Positions 8,115 to 18,501 of a DNA stretch of 64,000 bases are shown here, piece by piece. How positions within the stretch are numbered: position 1 is the first letter of the stretch; each line of letters begins with the position of its first letter. The notes below the pieces were generated by a model. It did not search any database, was not told the origin of the DNA, and worked only from the letters and a program-made list of their open reading frames with translations. The stretch is from a virus, in IMG/VR virus record IMGVR_UViG_3300050120_000255, positions 14,491 through 78,490 of that record. One strand, written 5' to 3'. The position numbers and the translations under genes were made by a program.

Positions 8115-9239
8115 TTAGGGTAGATTGCCGGTCCAATCGCAATTCCAAACCGTGATGTTCGTCATTCGGGTTTCCGAGCCAAATCGACCACTAATAGCCG
8201 CGCTGGTAGCTCGGTTTCCGGTGACTAAAGACGTGAGCGCGAAGGCCCCGCCGCCGCTGTTCTGGAATCCGCCCGAGCCACTTCCGCCCTCAACGACGCT
8301 CAGAACATTCACGGAAAAAGTTTGAATCTGATCAGCCTGAGTCGTATAAAAAACGCGCCCAGGGTCGACGCTTGCTCCACTGCCCCAATTGCGATCAACA
8401 TATCCTCGAGAGTCCGGGACGTTGAAAGTGGTCACGCCGTCCCCAATTCCCCAATTCGTGCCGTAGGCGGCAAAGAGCGCGGGGTTCGCCGTCCGCGAGA
8501 TTGCCGCGCCATCCTCCGGCACTGATCCTAACGGGCACGTCGGGATACGCATGTGGATGACTTCGCCGGCAAAGTGAATCGACGGCAACGTTGTAGTCAG
8601 CAGCGGTGAGCCATCCGCGCGGGTATAGTCGGCCAGGCGCCAAACCCCACCGCCGGTATAAAGCGCGATCGCCTGATCTCCGGCTTTCGTCGTGATACTC
8701 GCCGAGGTCGGCAGCAATATCGTCGATATACCGTAGGTAATCGTGGTTACGCCAGAGAAATTCAAAAACTTCGCCTGTCCGATGCCGCAACTCGATCCGA
8801 ATGACGTGATCGGCGTCGTTCCGGAAATCGAGATCGACGATTGCGGAATGCTGCAAAGATCATCCGTTGCAGCGGAAGCCATGGTCGCGATCCCGCCGCC
8901 AATGTTCGGCATCCAAACATGGTTGGTGGAATCGATCGCGCCCATGCCGAGCGCAACAGTCCCATCCTGAACACGCCAAATAGGAAACGCGCCTCTGGTG
9001 TCTAACCAGACCTGCCCAGCAGGAGCCGCGCCGCAGCCATTTGCCGGGACAGTGCCGCCGCTATTGGAGGACAGAAGAGCCGCAAGAGCTGCGTTTATAT
9101 TAGTCGTGTAATCGACGCCGTCGATGACCCCCGTAAGAGGCAAGCAGGCGCTTCCTTGAGAGGCCTTTAAATCATTTGCTCCAAATAGCGCGAGCGTCAT
9201 GATTAAACCCGCGAAAATATACCGTAACTTCGAAAACAT
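8115..9239 (-). CDS. tail fibre protein with phage tail collar domain
   Basis: GEVI...DGAAISRTANPALFAAYGTNWGIGDGVTTFNVPDSRG collar motif; last gene of the tail module. Confidence 0.85.
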   Translation of the reverse strand: MFSKLRYIFAGLIMTLALFGANDLKASQGSACLPLTGVIDGVDYTTNINAALAALLSSNSGGTVPANGCGAAPAGQVWLDTRGAFPIWRVQDGTVALGMGAIDSTNHVWMPNIGGGIATMASAATDDLCSIPQSSISISGTTPITSFGSSCGIGQAKFLNFSGVTTITYGISTILLPTSASITTKAGDQAIALYTGGGVWRLADYTRADGSPLLTTTLPSIHFAGEVIHMRIPTCPLGSVPEDGAAISRTANPALFAAYGTNWGIGDGVTTFNVPDSRGYVDRNWGSGASVDPGRVFYTTQADQIQTFSVNVLSVVEGGSGSGGFQNSGGGAFALTSLVTGNRATSAAISGRFGSETRMTNITVWNCDWTGNLP

Positions 9240-9242
9240 ATT

Positions 9243-12200
9243 TCAATATCCTTCCACATCAATATTAAGTCCCGTGCGCGCCACCCCAACGCCTCCGTTG
9301 AGCACTTGCACCTTGACGGATGACAGCGATAGCGCGCTGATCTGAAGCACGTCGCCAGCTTGGTTATTGAAGCTGACGTTGACGTAAGGCAGCGCCGCCG
9401 CGTTCGGGCCGCCGTTGAACGCGCCGGGGACTGATCCGCCGTCCGGTATGAACGTGATCGTCGTCCCTGCCGCTGCGACGCTGATATTTTGGTAATGATC
9501 AATCCGCGCCGGCACCGCGGCTTGAAAGCTGAAATTCACAAGAACCGGAATAACGTTGGTGTTGCTCGAGCTAAATCGAACCCTGAAATTCGCATACTGG
9601 CCTTGATAATTGCCGGGAATGAATTTTTGCCACGGTGCCCATGTAATCCCTCCCGCTCCGTCGGAGATGCCAATCTGAACTTCAATAGAGCACAAGACGT
9701 ATTGGATATTCTTCGCGCCGAAAACGTCAGTTTGCGCGAGAAAATCCGCAATACTGAGAATGTTGTCGTTAGCCCCGATTCCTGTCGCTAGCCAGGTTGC
9801 GTTGAGCGCGAGTACGCCAAAATATCCGAGGTTGACGATCTGACTAAGGGGAATCGTGTATAGGGCTTCCGCCAGAGGCCCCGCAGTCGCCGCGTCAAGC
9901 GCGAGGAATTGGTTCGGCGAAGCTCCGTCGACGACAATATTGCTTTTTGTGCCGGGCCATCCTTCTGCCTGCTGATCGCGTATGACGAGAGAATTGGCGA
10001 TGAGCATATTGCCGGCAACAGACACGGGGGCTGACGGCAGACTCGTCGCGGTCAGACCAACGGCTGGCGAGCAATAAGCAGTCACATAGTAGGTTCCGGC
10101 GCCGAGCAGCAAGAACGGAGGGTGTGCGAGATCGCCGACCGTCTGCGCTCCTCCTGGTGAGGTTCCGCTCGTGACAAAATAGCGGATGTTCGGTCGAAAA
10201 TCTGTCACTTCGTCCCACCACAATTCTTCGAATCCCGCAGAAAACACGGTACGAAGATTTTGAGGCGTCGCGATCTGGGAGAGCAGCGGCGATCCGGTGA
10301 TCTTGTAGTTGTACGCCGGCACGCTGCTCAGTTCTTGACCGCCGCCGCCCCAGAGGTTGAACGAGATGAATTTCATGTAAACCGTAGAGCCGATATCAGT
10401 CGTCTTGTACGGGGTCTTGAAGAGCGACACGTCGGCGCGCGTGAAAGGAACGCCCGCCGGATGAGCACCGATCGGAGATCCGTAGGCGCCACGCAATAGC
10501 GTCGTCAAATTGTATTTGTTGGCCGCCGTGAGGGTCGCCGTCTGAAACGCGATAAACTCTCCATCCAGGTAGCAGATGGTGTCCGCCGCAACCAACGCTG
10601 CAGACGACACAGAGACTAAGCCTCCTAAGCTTTCCGTCAGGTCGACGCCAAGCGTGCTGGTGCCGTCGATGGTCTGCCCCGTGTCGCTTTCAGTAACAGA
10701 TGGAAGCGCGCTGGTTGTGGCGCCCATTCGGGCAACGCCGTTAATCGTTCCGGCGAGGGCGTACGTGATGTCGTCGGAAGAAATCCAAACGTCGCACCCT
10801 CCCCAAACGGTGATGTTCACGCCCGAGACCGCCGCCCACACCTCTAGCCCATTGGCGAGCGTATAGGGCGGTTCAAAGAATATCGGGGGGTTGACCAGGC
10901 CCGGATCAGCATTCGTGTTCGGCGGGGGCGCCATCGCAGCCTGCGCACCATAGTTCGGCGCACCCAGCGTTCCGAACACTTCATCCGCGATAAAGCTGAG
11001 CGACCCATCCTGATTTTCGGTGATTTCAGTGATGCGCACCGCTTGGCGGAACATTCCCAATTGGGGATCGGTCAGCGTGACGATATCCATCGGGTCAAGC
11101 AGGACCGCCCAGGCGCCAAGGGTAAAGCCGTAGGTGCAAGCAATCTGCGCGCGATGAAGCTGCAAGCCAAGAGACTGCGCCGCCGCCGACTGGATGCAGA
11201 ACATATCGAGCTGCTGCATGTCACTCGGACGGAAGACATTATAGGCGGCGATCGACCCCTCATCCCGGATCTCGACCGGCACAGACGCGTAGTATAGCCC
11301 GCGCTCCTGGTATGACCCGACCATCGAATTGATCATTTGCGAACGCGGCTTGCGGCTGATTGAAATAGGGGACTTACCCGCTGAATCGCCGGTGGATAGC
11401 GAACTTTGATCGGGCATTAGATCATCGTCCGTCAGATCATAAATCGGACTCAAAGAAACGACATGCGTTCCAAAGGCCGAAGTAACCGTTTGATCGGTGT
11501 ACGGCACCAATTTTAGAACGCCAGAAGACCAAACGAACTCACTATTTGAGGCATGAGTTATTTTAATCAAAAATTGCTGCGCAGATGTTTGCGCAGTCAA
11601 TGACACTGACATGAAAAGTCCAAGCGCCCGGCAATACATCCGGTAGTCGCTCAGATCTCCCAAGATATTGATTGGGAAAAGCGGCACGCCATATTCAACA
11701 TTCGTCAGGAAATCGAATATGATGTCCGCAGGGTTCGCGTCGACGATGCCGGCGAAGCCGCCGCTTATCGGCGAGACTATCTCCGCGCTGATGTTGGTCA
11801 GCGATGACGACTGTCCGAGATTGAGGTTCGATATGTTTATTGTGGCGTTGTTTCGATAGTTGAGCGACTGGCCCGGCTCCACGGAGTCCATATATCCCCA
11901 TGTCCCCTGGACACTCGAGCCATTGAAGCTGGTGATCGAACCCGGAATCATCCCGTTGCTGAAATAGTACGGGAAGAACTGCTGATACTGCCCGTAATAG
12001 ATGCTCGGGATGCTGTTTATGGGCCCTTCGCAGAACGAAAAGATGACCGAAACGTAATAGGTAAAGGTGCTTCCCTGGCCGCCCTTTCCGCCGCCGCCCC
12101 CACCACCACCTTTTCCTCCGCCCGATCCGCCGCTATTGCTGGTCGTGTAGTGAAAAAATCCATACCAGATGACGTTGCCCGAAACGCGCTGTTGCCCGTA

Positions 12201-12305
12201 GACGATCGGCACCGGACGAGTCATCAGCGACGTCGTGAAGGACGTCAGCGAATAATCTGGACCCAGTTGCGTTACTTTGCTGCTTTTGGTTAGCCAATTT
12301 CCCAT
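9243..12305 (-). CDS. tail tip / host-specificity protein
   Basis: PVPIVYGQQRVSGNVIW, FCEGPI, DANPADII, LLRGAYGS; follows NlpC/P60. Confidence 0.85.
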   Translation of the reverse strand: MGNWLTKSSKVTQLGPDYSLTSFTTSLMTRPVPIVYGQQRVSGNVIWYGFFHYTTSNSGGSGGGKGGGGGGGGKGGQGSTFTYYVSVIFSFCEGPINSIPSIYYGQYQQFFPYYFSNGMIPGSITSFNGSSVQGTWGYMDSVEPGQSLNYRNNATINISNLNLGQSSSLTNISAEIVSPISGGFAGIVDANPADIIFDFLTNVEYGVPLFPINILGDLSDYRMYCRALGLFMSVSLTAQTSAQQFLIKITHASNSEFVWSSGVLKLVPYTDQTVTSAFGTHVVSLSPIYDLTDDDLMPDQSSLSTGDSAGKSPISISRKPRSQMINSMVGSYQERGLYYASVPVEIRDEGSIAAYNVFRPSDMQQLDMFCIQSAAAQSLGLQLHRAQIACTYGFTLGAWAVLLDPMDIVTLTDPQLGMFRQAVRITEITENQDGSLSFIADEVFGTLGAPNYGAQAAMAPPPNTNADPGLVNPPIFFEPPYTLANGLEVWAAVSGVNITVWGGCDVWISSDDITYALAGTINGVARMGATTSALPSVTESDTGQTIDGTSTLGVDLTESLGGLVSVSSAALVAADTICYLDGEFIAFQTATLTAANKYNLTTLLRGAYGSPIGAHPAGVPFTRADVSLFKTPYKTTDIGSTVYMKFISFNLWGGGGQELSSVPAYNYKITGSPLLSQIATPQNLRTVFSAGFEELWWDEVTDFRPNIRYFVTSGTSPGGAQTVGDLAHPPFLLLGAGTYYVTAYCSPAVGLTATSLPSAPVSVAGNMLIANSLVIRDQQAEGWPGTKSNIVVDGASPNQFLALDAATAGPLAEALYTIPLSQIVNLGYFGVLALNATWLATGIGANDNILSIADFLAQTDVFGAKNIQYVLCSIEVQIGISDGAGGITWAPWQKFIPGNYQGQYANFRVRFSSSNTNVIPVLVNFSFQAAVPARIDHYQNISVAAAGTTITFIPDGGSVPGAFNGGPNAAALPYVNVSFNNQAGDVLQISALSLSSVKVQVLNGGVGVARTGLNIDVEGY

Positions 12306-12306
12306 T

Positions 12307-12765
12307 TTAATGCGACTTGATGACTGAGAAAAATTTAGCGGGGGTGTTGTAAAGTTCGCCGTCTCTTCCGCCGCTGCGGATCACCGATCCAGCGCTTTTG
12401 TAGGCATGCACGATTTCAGAACTCCATTTCACAATGAACGCGCCGTGCGCATAGCAGCGGCCTATTTTGTAGAGCACTATGTCGCCGGCTAAAGCTTCCG
12501 ACTCAGCGATCTCTCGGCCGCGCCTGAGAACGTAGCCCATGAATTTTTCTTCACTCCGATGAAGAAACCACTGAGGAGAGTAAGGCTCGATTTCGAGCGG
12601 CTCGATCGCACCCGCCTCTGACAGGACACAATTCAAAAGATTGGCGCAATCGACGCCAACGCCTTTGAGGGCAGCTCCGTCATGGAAAGGCGTCGATATC
12701 CAAGAGCGCGCCGTCGCGACGATGTGCTCTCTCAATTGTATCTCTGTCATACCGTCGTCCATCAC
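12307..12765 (-). CDS. tail-associated NlpC/P60 peptidase
   Basis: ARSWISTPFH...GVDCANL, GDIVLY, HGAF. Confidence 0.9.
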   Translation of the reverse strand: MMDDGMTEIQLREHIVATARSWISTPFHDGAALKGVGVDCANLLNCVLSEAGAIEPLEIEPYSPQWFLHRSEEKFMGYVLRRGREIAESEALAGDIVLYKIGRCYAHGAFIVKWSSEIVHAYKSAGSVIRSGGRDGELYNTPAKFFSVIKSH

Positions 12766-13703
12766 ATGACCTGCTCCGGCGGAGGAATGAAAGGAAAGCC
12801 TCCGAAATTTTCTTTGTTGTTGACGGCTTCACAAGTCGCCAAAGTCTTGTTGCAACCGGGGAATATTGTGAAGGTGTCTCCTGCTGAGACCGCATAATTG
12901 AACGGGTTTATTAGCGCGAGAGTTTTGGCTCCGTCCCAATTGGAAATGGTTCGCTGCAACCCCTCATTTTTACCGCTCGTCATGAGGATGCGTCCAAGGG
13001 TGTAAGTCCCGAAGCCCGTTGGCGCCGAGAGTGTGGCAAGGATGGATATCTGCGTCGAACCGGCAAGCACAGATCCATTTTTCGCAAAGGCCGCTGCGCT
13101 GAGCGTGCATCCCGTGTCAAACAATGTGTGTCGGCACGCAGGCTGATAATAGTTGCGCGGCATGTTGATCGATAGGAGTTGCCTCAAGTCGCCTACGTCG
13201 CAAAACACTTCGCTGGTTGAGACGGAGACGTCCATAAGCAGACCGGAGAAAATGGTTATGGCCCCGATGGGGACGGCGCCCGCCGGAGGGATCGGATATG
13301 TCGGGCCCGGTGCGCTAAAGAAAGCCCGCTGCACCGTGACGGCCGATCCATCGAGCGCGCCAGCCCGCGCGGCGGCGAGCCATGGAGTGTTCCCGATCAG
13401 GTCCGGGAAGGTCGCTCCCGTTATGTCGTCTTGCGCCCTGGGAAACACCGAAAACGACCAACGATCGACGTCAAGGCCGATCTTCCAATGTCCCAGCGCT
13501 CTTTGCCCATTTGTGTCAAATCGCGGACCTTTGCTGACGAAGGTCACGCCGGTAAGAAAAATGTCAAAATCCGAAGTCGTGTAATAGAGGTTCGATCCGC
13601 CCGCGAGGGCGAAGGTGTAAAGCTCCCAAAAACAGGCGGACCCCCCGATATTCGAGCGGAACGTGTTCATGAGATCGATGAGACTTGATGAAGCTGGTTT
13701 CAT
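12762..13703 (-). CDS. baseplate hub protein (DUF2163/BR0599-like)
   Basis: CRHTLFDTGC and GCNK...C...N..NFGGFPFIP; ATGA-coupled start at 13703. Confidence 0.85.
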   Translation of the reverse strand: MKPASSSLIDLMNTFRSNIGGSACFWELYTFALAGGSNLYYTTSDFDIFLTGVTFVSKGPRFDTNGQRALGHWKIGLDVDRWSFSVFPRAQDDITGATFPDLIGNTPWLAAARAGALDGSAVTVQRAFFSAPGPTYPIPPAGAVPIGAITIFSGLLMDVSVSTSEVFCDVGDLRQLLSINMPRNYYQPACRHTLFDTGCTLSAAAFAKNGSVLAGSTQISILATLSAPTGFGTYTLGRILMTSGKNEGLQRTISNWDGAKTLALINPFNYAVSAGDTFTIFPGCNKTLATCEAVNNKENFGGFPFIPPPEQVM

Positions 13704-14302
13704 AAAATGACGCTCGTAAATGAGATTTTCTTTGCTTCCCAAAGGCCGACCATGAAGTTGCTGAAGTCCACTTTGTCGTCATCAAAGCGGCAGAGCCAAT
13801 TGAACGATCCGGTCCAAGTCAGCGCCGCTCCGTGCGCGGGCGCGACCATGAACACGACCGCGCCGGAAACGCTGATCACGTAGTCCGTTCCCAGCGCCAT
13901 AGCGGTCCCGTTGACAAAGATCGTCGGGGAACCGGTCGGGAGATAAACAGGCTCGACGAAGCCGCCAATCGCTCGCAAGATCTGAAAGGTGAGAGACACG
14001 CCGTCGCCAGTCCCGAATAGTTGCGTCGTGGCGCTGTTGTCCTCTGAATCCGTGTATCCAAAGGTGTAGGCGCGGCCGAGCACAGAAGCGTAGAATCCCG
14101 CCAGAGTCTGCATTTCAAGAAACGCCGCCGACGAGCGAAGCATCTCAAAATCAATCGTCCACTGCCATTTCGGAGTGATGCGCTTTGGATACGTGGTTTG
14201 CTTTCCGTTGATGGATTCGTGGACCACTGTGTCAAAGGTTGGCCCCGAACGCCCGATCGGAAATGTCAGCCCAGGGAACGACGGAAATGTCTGCACTGCC
14301 AT
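13700..14302 (-). CDS. distal tail protein (DUF2460-like)
   Basis: FGTGDG...FQ, LTWTGSF..CRFDDD; follows the tape measure gene. Confidence 0.85.
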   Translation of the reverse strand: MAVQTFPSFPGLTFPIGRSGPTFDTVVHESINGKQTTYPKRITPKWQWTIDFEMLRSSAAFLEMQTLAGFYASVLGRAYTFGYTDSEDNSATTQLFGTGDGVSLTFQILRAIGGFVEPVYLPTGSPTIFVNGTAMALGTDYVISVSGAVVFMVAPAHGAALTWTGSFNWLCRFDDDKVDFSNFMVGLWEAKKISFTSVIL

Positions 14303-14305
14303 TGA

Positions 14306-17300
14306 TCAATATCCGCTCGGTCGAAGGGAAGGATTTTTGCTAAACTGATCTCCGACCATTTTTGCGATCTCCCTGCCGTGGGCGCGAATGGTGTCCAGAG
14401 AAGATCCAGGTGCGGCGTTGTAATGGACGTGAACCGTATGGCCTCCGCCGGAGCTTCCACCCCCGCCGCCTGACAGCGCGCTACGCATCGAGTCGGCATG
14501 GCTCGCCGGGACGATCATTTCGCCTTTGTGGACTTGGGCGATCATGTCGCTCGGGAGTTTCCACGCGCCGACCGCAAATGATCCAGCCGCCGCTGCGACC
14601 GTTGCCTCCCCAGCGGCGGCAGGGCCAATAGCCGCTGGCCCCATAACGGGGGATAGAAAGCCGAAGATGCCCGCAAACGTCTCACCAGCGCTTGCCATAA
14701 TTGACTTGGTTATACTTGCGATAGTCACTGCGGCAGATGTTGCCGCCCCGGCCCCTTCACTCGCCGTTCGCGCCGCGGTTCCGGAGGCAACCGCTGCGGT
14801 CTTCGTCGCTTCCCCCGTCGTGGTCGCCATGACCATGATCGCCTGTTTCGCAAGCCAATCGGCGACCATCTTCGCCGCCGCTTGCACGAACGAACTTTCG
14901 ATCGAGGTGGCGATGCCTTTCAGCGCGCTGCCGGCGGTCTCCGTGTGGTTGACGATTCCCACGAAAGCACTTGCAGCGGTCGAACCAGCTTTTTCGAACG
15001 CCTTCTCATAGGATTCAGCGATCGCTTGAGCGCTCTGCAAATTAACTTTGTTGATCTGCAGAGCGCTCTGGGCGGCGGACTCCTGCATTTTCTTTTGGGC
15101 GGCGTCGAATTGGGTAGTGCCCTGCCCCCAGATCGTCATGAGGGACTGGTAGTGCGCCTGCTCTTGCGCAAGCTCTTGCTGCAGGACAGCCGTCTCCTGG
15201 GAGGCCCCCTGCTGCTGGGAAAGCTGCTTGGTCTTGGTCTCTTCGCGGATCAGCGCCATCTTCTCTTCAGACGCTTTCTGCGCAGCGTTGAAGCTCACGT
15301 CTTCAGTGTCGGTCGCGGTTTTCGCGGTAGCGCCCTCGTAGGTGTCCTGCGCCGTCTTGACCTGCCCTTGCGCAGCGGAGTTCCGCGGATCTCTTTTGTC
15401 GGAATATTGCTGAAGGGTCAGGTTCGCCGACGCGATCTGCGCATCGCGAAGCTGCTTCGGATCGTTGCTGCCTGTCTTGACCGACGTCACGGCCAAATCC
15501 GCGATAGCCTTCCGACTCTCGTAGATCTTTTCGTTCAACGCCGCCTGATCGTTCGACGCTTGCTCCTGCGCCTTGTTGATCGTCGCTTGGCTGGCGCCGG
15601 CAGCCTGCAACTCCACAAGATAAGTTTGCGAGGCCGCCGCTTTTTGCCGAGCTGCCTCAACCGGAGCAACGGCCGCTTCCGCGTTCTGTTTCGCCAGAGC
15701 CAATTCTGCGAGTTGGGTCGCGCTGCCGCCAGCACGCAGATCATTTTGGGTCTTGATCGATTCGTTGATCTTCTGCTGTTGATCCTGCGTATCGGCCAGG
15801 GCATCGTTGATATTGTTTGTCGACGCTCCACTCGTGACGTTGGCCGCCTCTTGCTGACGTCGACTCGCATTCACGCCACCGTTGTCGCCCGTGTGCGCGA
15901 GGATGGAGCTCGATATCCCCGTGTCGCTGCCGGTCCGCGCCGCGCTCGCGACGTCAGACGGTAAATGGCCGTAGTTATATTGGATCGACGTCAGCGAAGC
16001 TTTGGCTTGGTCAGAGAGCTTTGCCCACGCTTCGCCGACCTGCGTCGCCGCGGCCGTCGCCGACTCTGCCACGCGCCGGGAAAGATCCCGCTGCGCATCC
16101 TCCTCCGTCGTCGTGGTATCGGCGGTGACATTGTGAACGCCGCCGCTTTTATCAGTCGTCGTGTCGGACCCGTAGCCGGCGCGGAAATGATTCACATCCC
16201 ATTTTGCCTGGGGCTGGAAGCCTTCGAACCCTTTGATCATGGAAGTCGCATCGCCGGTCTCGGCGGTGCTCCCCATCTGGTTCGCGCCGCCACCCGCCTG
16301 CCCGATGCGCTGAAGCGCCGTGCGAAGCGTGTTGGCCTTGTCGATGTTCTCTTGGAGCTGCGCCGACAGTGGGTTGTCTTTGACGGCGATCGAATTCGCC
16401 GCCGCAACCACCTGCTGTAACGATGGGGCGAGTTTACGCGCGGCGTCCGCGGCGGCGTCTAATTCTCCCGCGGTCTTGTGGGCCTCATCTGTAAATTTTC
16501 CAGTGGCATTTCCCGCGATGCCGGCCGACAGCCCCAACGACTTGAACACGTTGATCGAGTCGATGAATTTCTCGAGGCCGCTCGTGTGAACGGCGGTGAG
16601 ATCTTTGTGGGCTTCGGCGGCTTGCTCGGTGACGCGGGCAAGGGCGCCAACGAAAATCGCGAGCTGCTGTTGCTGGTTGCCGGACGCCGCCGCCGCTGCC
16701 ATCATGTTCGATTCAGCAGCGGTCACTCCGCCCAAGGAATCGATCAGCGCAAGACCAGCGGTCGCAGGTTTGGTGAACGCCGCGGACATGGCATCCGTGG
16801 CGGCCGGGATGTCGGAGTGCATCATGTCTGCCACAGTCTGGATGCTGTGCGACAGCCCAGATCCGAGCAAATTGCCCGCGTCGTTCATTTTGAGAACGGC
16901 GGCCGTAAATTTATTCGCTGAATCGGACGATTGGTCCGGCAGCTTGTTCACTACGTCGAAATCAGATTTCGCCGACCCGAACGAATTGTTCGCGTTACCC
17001 GTCGAGTTTGACTGAACCAAGAGGCCGTTGATGTTGTTTTTGGCCTCTTGAGCTTTGTAGCTGAAATACGCCGCCGCGCCGGCCGCCGTAAGGAACCCAG
17101 CCGACAGGCTGAGGATGCCGGCATTGCTCGCGAGGAAAGCGACGCCGATGCCGCGCGCCTGATAGGCTAGGTTCGCCAAGGAGCCGTACATCTGGCCCCA
17201 GCGCCCTGACAACGCTTCATCGGTAACGGCATGCAAGCTGCGCACGAGGCCGCCCATGCCAACCATGCCGGCGCGCGCCGCGCTCGCTGCGGAATTGACC

Positions 17301-18493
17301 GCCGACGGAATCGTCGCAGTGGCGATAGCCATAGCCGAGGCGGCGGCGCCGGCGGAGGACATACCCCTTGCGACGACATCCATCGCCTCCCGCGCCGAAG
17401 CGACGTTTCTCGCGGCGATGCCCGCCTGGGTCATCCCCTCAATGACGGTGATCGTCTCTGCGCCGAAGACGGCCGCGGATTCTCGTGCGGACTTGAATGA
17501 CAATCCCGCTGATTCAGTGTTCCGAATCAGCGCGCCAAATTGCGATCCCGAAAGTGTGGCGACGGACCCGCCGACGTCACCTAGCGCCGCTTCGAAAACC
17601 GAGGCACTCTCCTTAGCTGAGGCGAAAGATTGCCGCTGTGTGGCAAGCGAGGCGACTAGTGCCCCGAATTGCGATCCCGAAAGCGTGGCGACGGACCCGC
17701 CGACGTCACCTAGCGCGGCTTCGAAAACCGAGGCGCTCTCTTTGGCGGACTTGAATGTCAATCCCGCTGATTCAGTATTTCGGACCAGTGCCCCGAATTG
17801 CGTTCCCGAAAGTGTGGCGACGGACCCGCCGACGTCACCTAGCGCCGCTTCGAAAACCGAGGCGGATTCCTGGGCGGACTTGAATGACAATCCCGCTGAT
17901 TCAGTGTTTCGGACCAGTGCCCCGAATTGCGTTCCCGAAAGTGTGGCGACGGACCCGCCGACGTCACCTAGCGCCGCTTCGAAAACCGAGGCACTCTCCT
18001 TAGCTGAGGCGAAAGATTGCCGCTGTGTGGCAAGCGAGGCGACTAGTGCTCCGAAGTCGGAAGCGGCTAATGTGCGAACAGAAGCTCCGATCGCCGCGTT
18101 CGCAACGGCCGCTTCAGCCGCCGTCGCTCCCTGCGTCGCAAGAGCAGACGCGAAAGTCGCGGCGCTGCTCCGAGCGGATTGGAAATTACGATCAAGTCCG
18201 TTGGTTTGATTGATGAACTCTTGGATGCCGCCGGCGCCCGCCGATGCGGTGGCCACCTCCGAAATGCTCGCCTTCAAGGCGTCCATTTTGGACTTAACCC
18301 CGTCGAGGGTAGCGTTAAGAGTTCCGAGGCGGGAAATTATACCGGAATCAGTAGCCGCGCCAAGGGCGATAGCGCCATCCGCCATATCGCGGATGGCCTT
18401 TGTGGTGACACGGATCTGAGCGGCGGTGATGTCCATCTGCGCTTGCAGAGTGGATGAATCCGCGCCGATGGAAATCCGAATGTCATCCGCCAT
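14306..18493 (-). CDS. tape measure protein with internal lysozyme-like domain
   Basis: 1395 aa, Ala-rich; IKGFEGF...AGYG...SIQYNYG lysozyme-like segment; C-terminal AQVHKGEMIVP. Confidence 0.9.
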   Translation of the reverse strand: MADDIRISIGADSSTLQAQMDITAAQIRVTTKAIRDMADGAIALGAATDSGIISRLGTLNATLDGVKSKMDALKASISEVATASAGAGGIQEFINQTNGLDRNFQSARSSAATFASALATQGATAAEAAVANAAIGASVRTLAASDFGALVASLATQRQSFASAKESASVFEAALGDVGGSVATLSGTQFGALVRNTESAGLSFKSAQESASVFEAALGDVGGSVATLSGTQFGALVRNTESAGLTFKSAKESASVFEAALGDVGGSVATLSGSQFGALVASLATQRQSFASAKESASVFEAALGDVGGSVATLSGSQFGALIRNTESAGLSFKSARESAAVFGAETITVIEGMTQAGIAARNVASAREAMDVVARGMSSAGAAASAMAIATATIPSAVNSAASAARAGMVGMGGLVRSLHAVTDEALSGRWGQMYGSLANLAYQARGIGVAFLASNAGILSLSAGFLTAAGAAAYFSYKAQEAKNNINGLLVQSNSTGNANNSFGSAKSDFDVVNKLPDQSSDSANKFTAAVLKMNDAGNLLGSGLSHSIQTVADMMHSDIPAATDAMSAAFTKPATAGLALIDSLGGVTAAESNMMAAAAASGNQQQQLAIFVGALARVTEQAAEAHKDLTAVHTSGLEKFIDSINVFKSLGLSAGIAGNATGKFTDEAHKTAGELDAAADAARKLAPSLQQVVAAANSIAVKDNPLSAQLQENIDKANTLRTALQRIGQAGGGANQMGSTAETGDATSMIKGFEGFQPQAKWDVNHFRAGYGSDTTTDKSGGVHNVTADTTTTEEDAQRDLSRRVAESATAAATQVGEAWAKLSDQAKASLTSIQYNYGHLPSDVASAARTGSDTGISSSILAHTGDNGGVNASRRQQEAANVTSGASTNNINDALADTQDQQQKINESIKTQNDLRAGGSATQLAELALAKQNAEAAVAPVEAARQKAAASQTYLVELQAAGASQATINKAQEQASNDQAALNEKIYESRKAIADLAVTSVKTGSNDPKQLRDAQIASANLTLQQYSDKRDPRNSAAQGQVKTAQDTYEGATAKTATDTEDVSFNAAQKASEEKMALIREETKTKQLSQQQGASQETAVLQQELAQEQAHYQSLMTIWGQGTTQFDAAQKKMQESAAQSALQINKVNLQSAQAIAESYEKAFEKAGSTAASAFVGIVNHTETAGSALKGIATSIESSFVQAAAKMVADWLAKQAIMVMATTTGEATKTAAVASGTAARTASEGAGAATSAAVTIASITKSIMASAGETFAGIFGFLSPVMGPAAIGPAAAGEATVAAAAGSFAVGAWKLPSDMIAQVHKGEMIVPASHADSMRSALSGGGGGSSGGGHTVHVHYNAAPGSSLDTIRAHGREIAKMVGDQFSKNPSLRPSGY
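17485..18052 (-). repeat. in-frame 129-bp (43-aa) tandem repeat, about 4.4 copies
   Basis: GACGGACCCGCCGACGTCACCTAGCGC starts at 17561, 17690, 17819 and 17948. Confidence 0.95.
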
Positions 18494-18501
18494 TTTAGTC
18501 C

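Noticed and set aside
17485-18052. Regularly spaced repeats as a CRISPR array
   Set aside because: In-frame 129-bp coding repeats with non-unique spacers and no cas operon; the Cas4-like DUF2800 gene is a normal phage nuclease.
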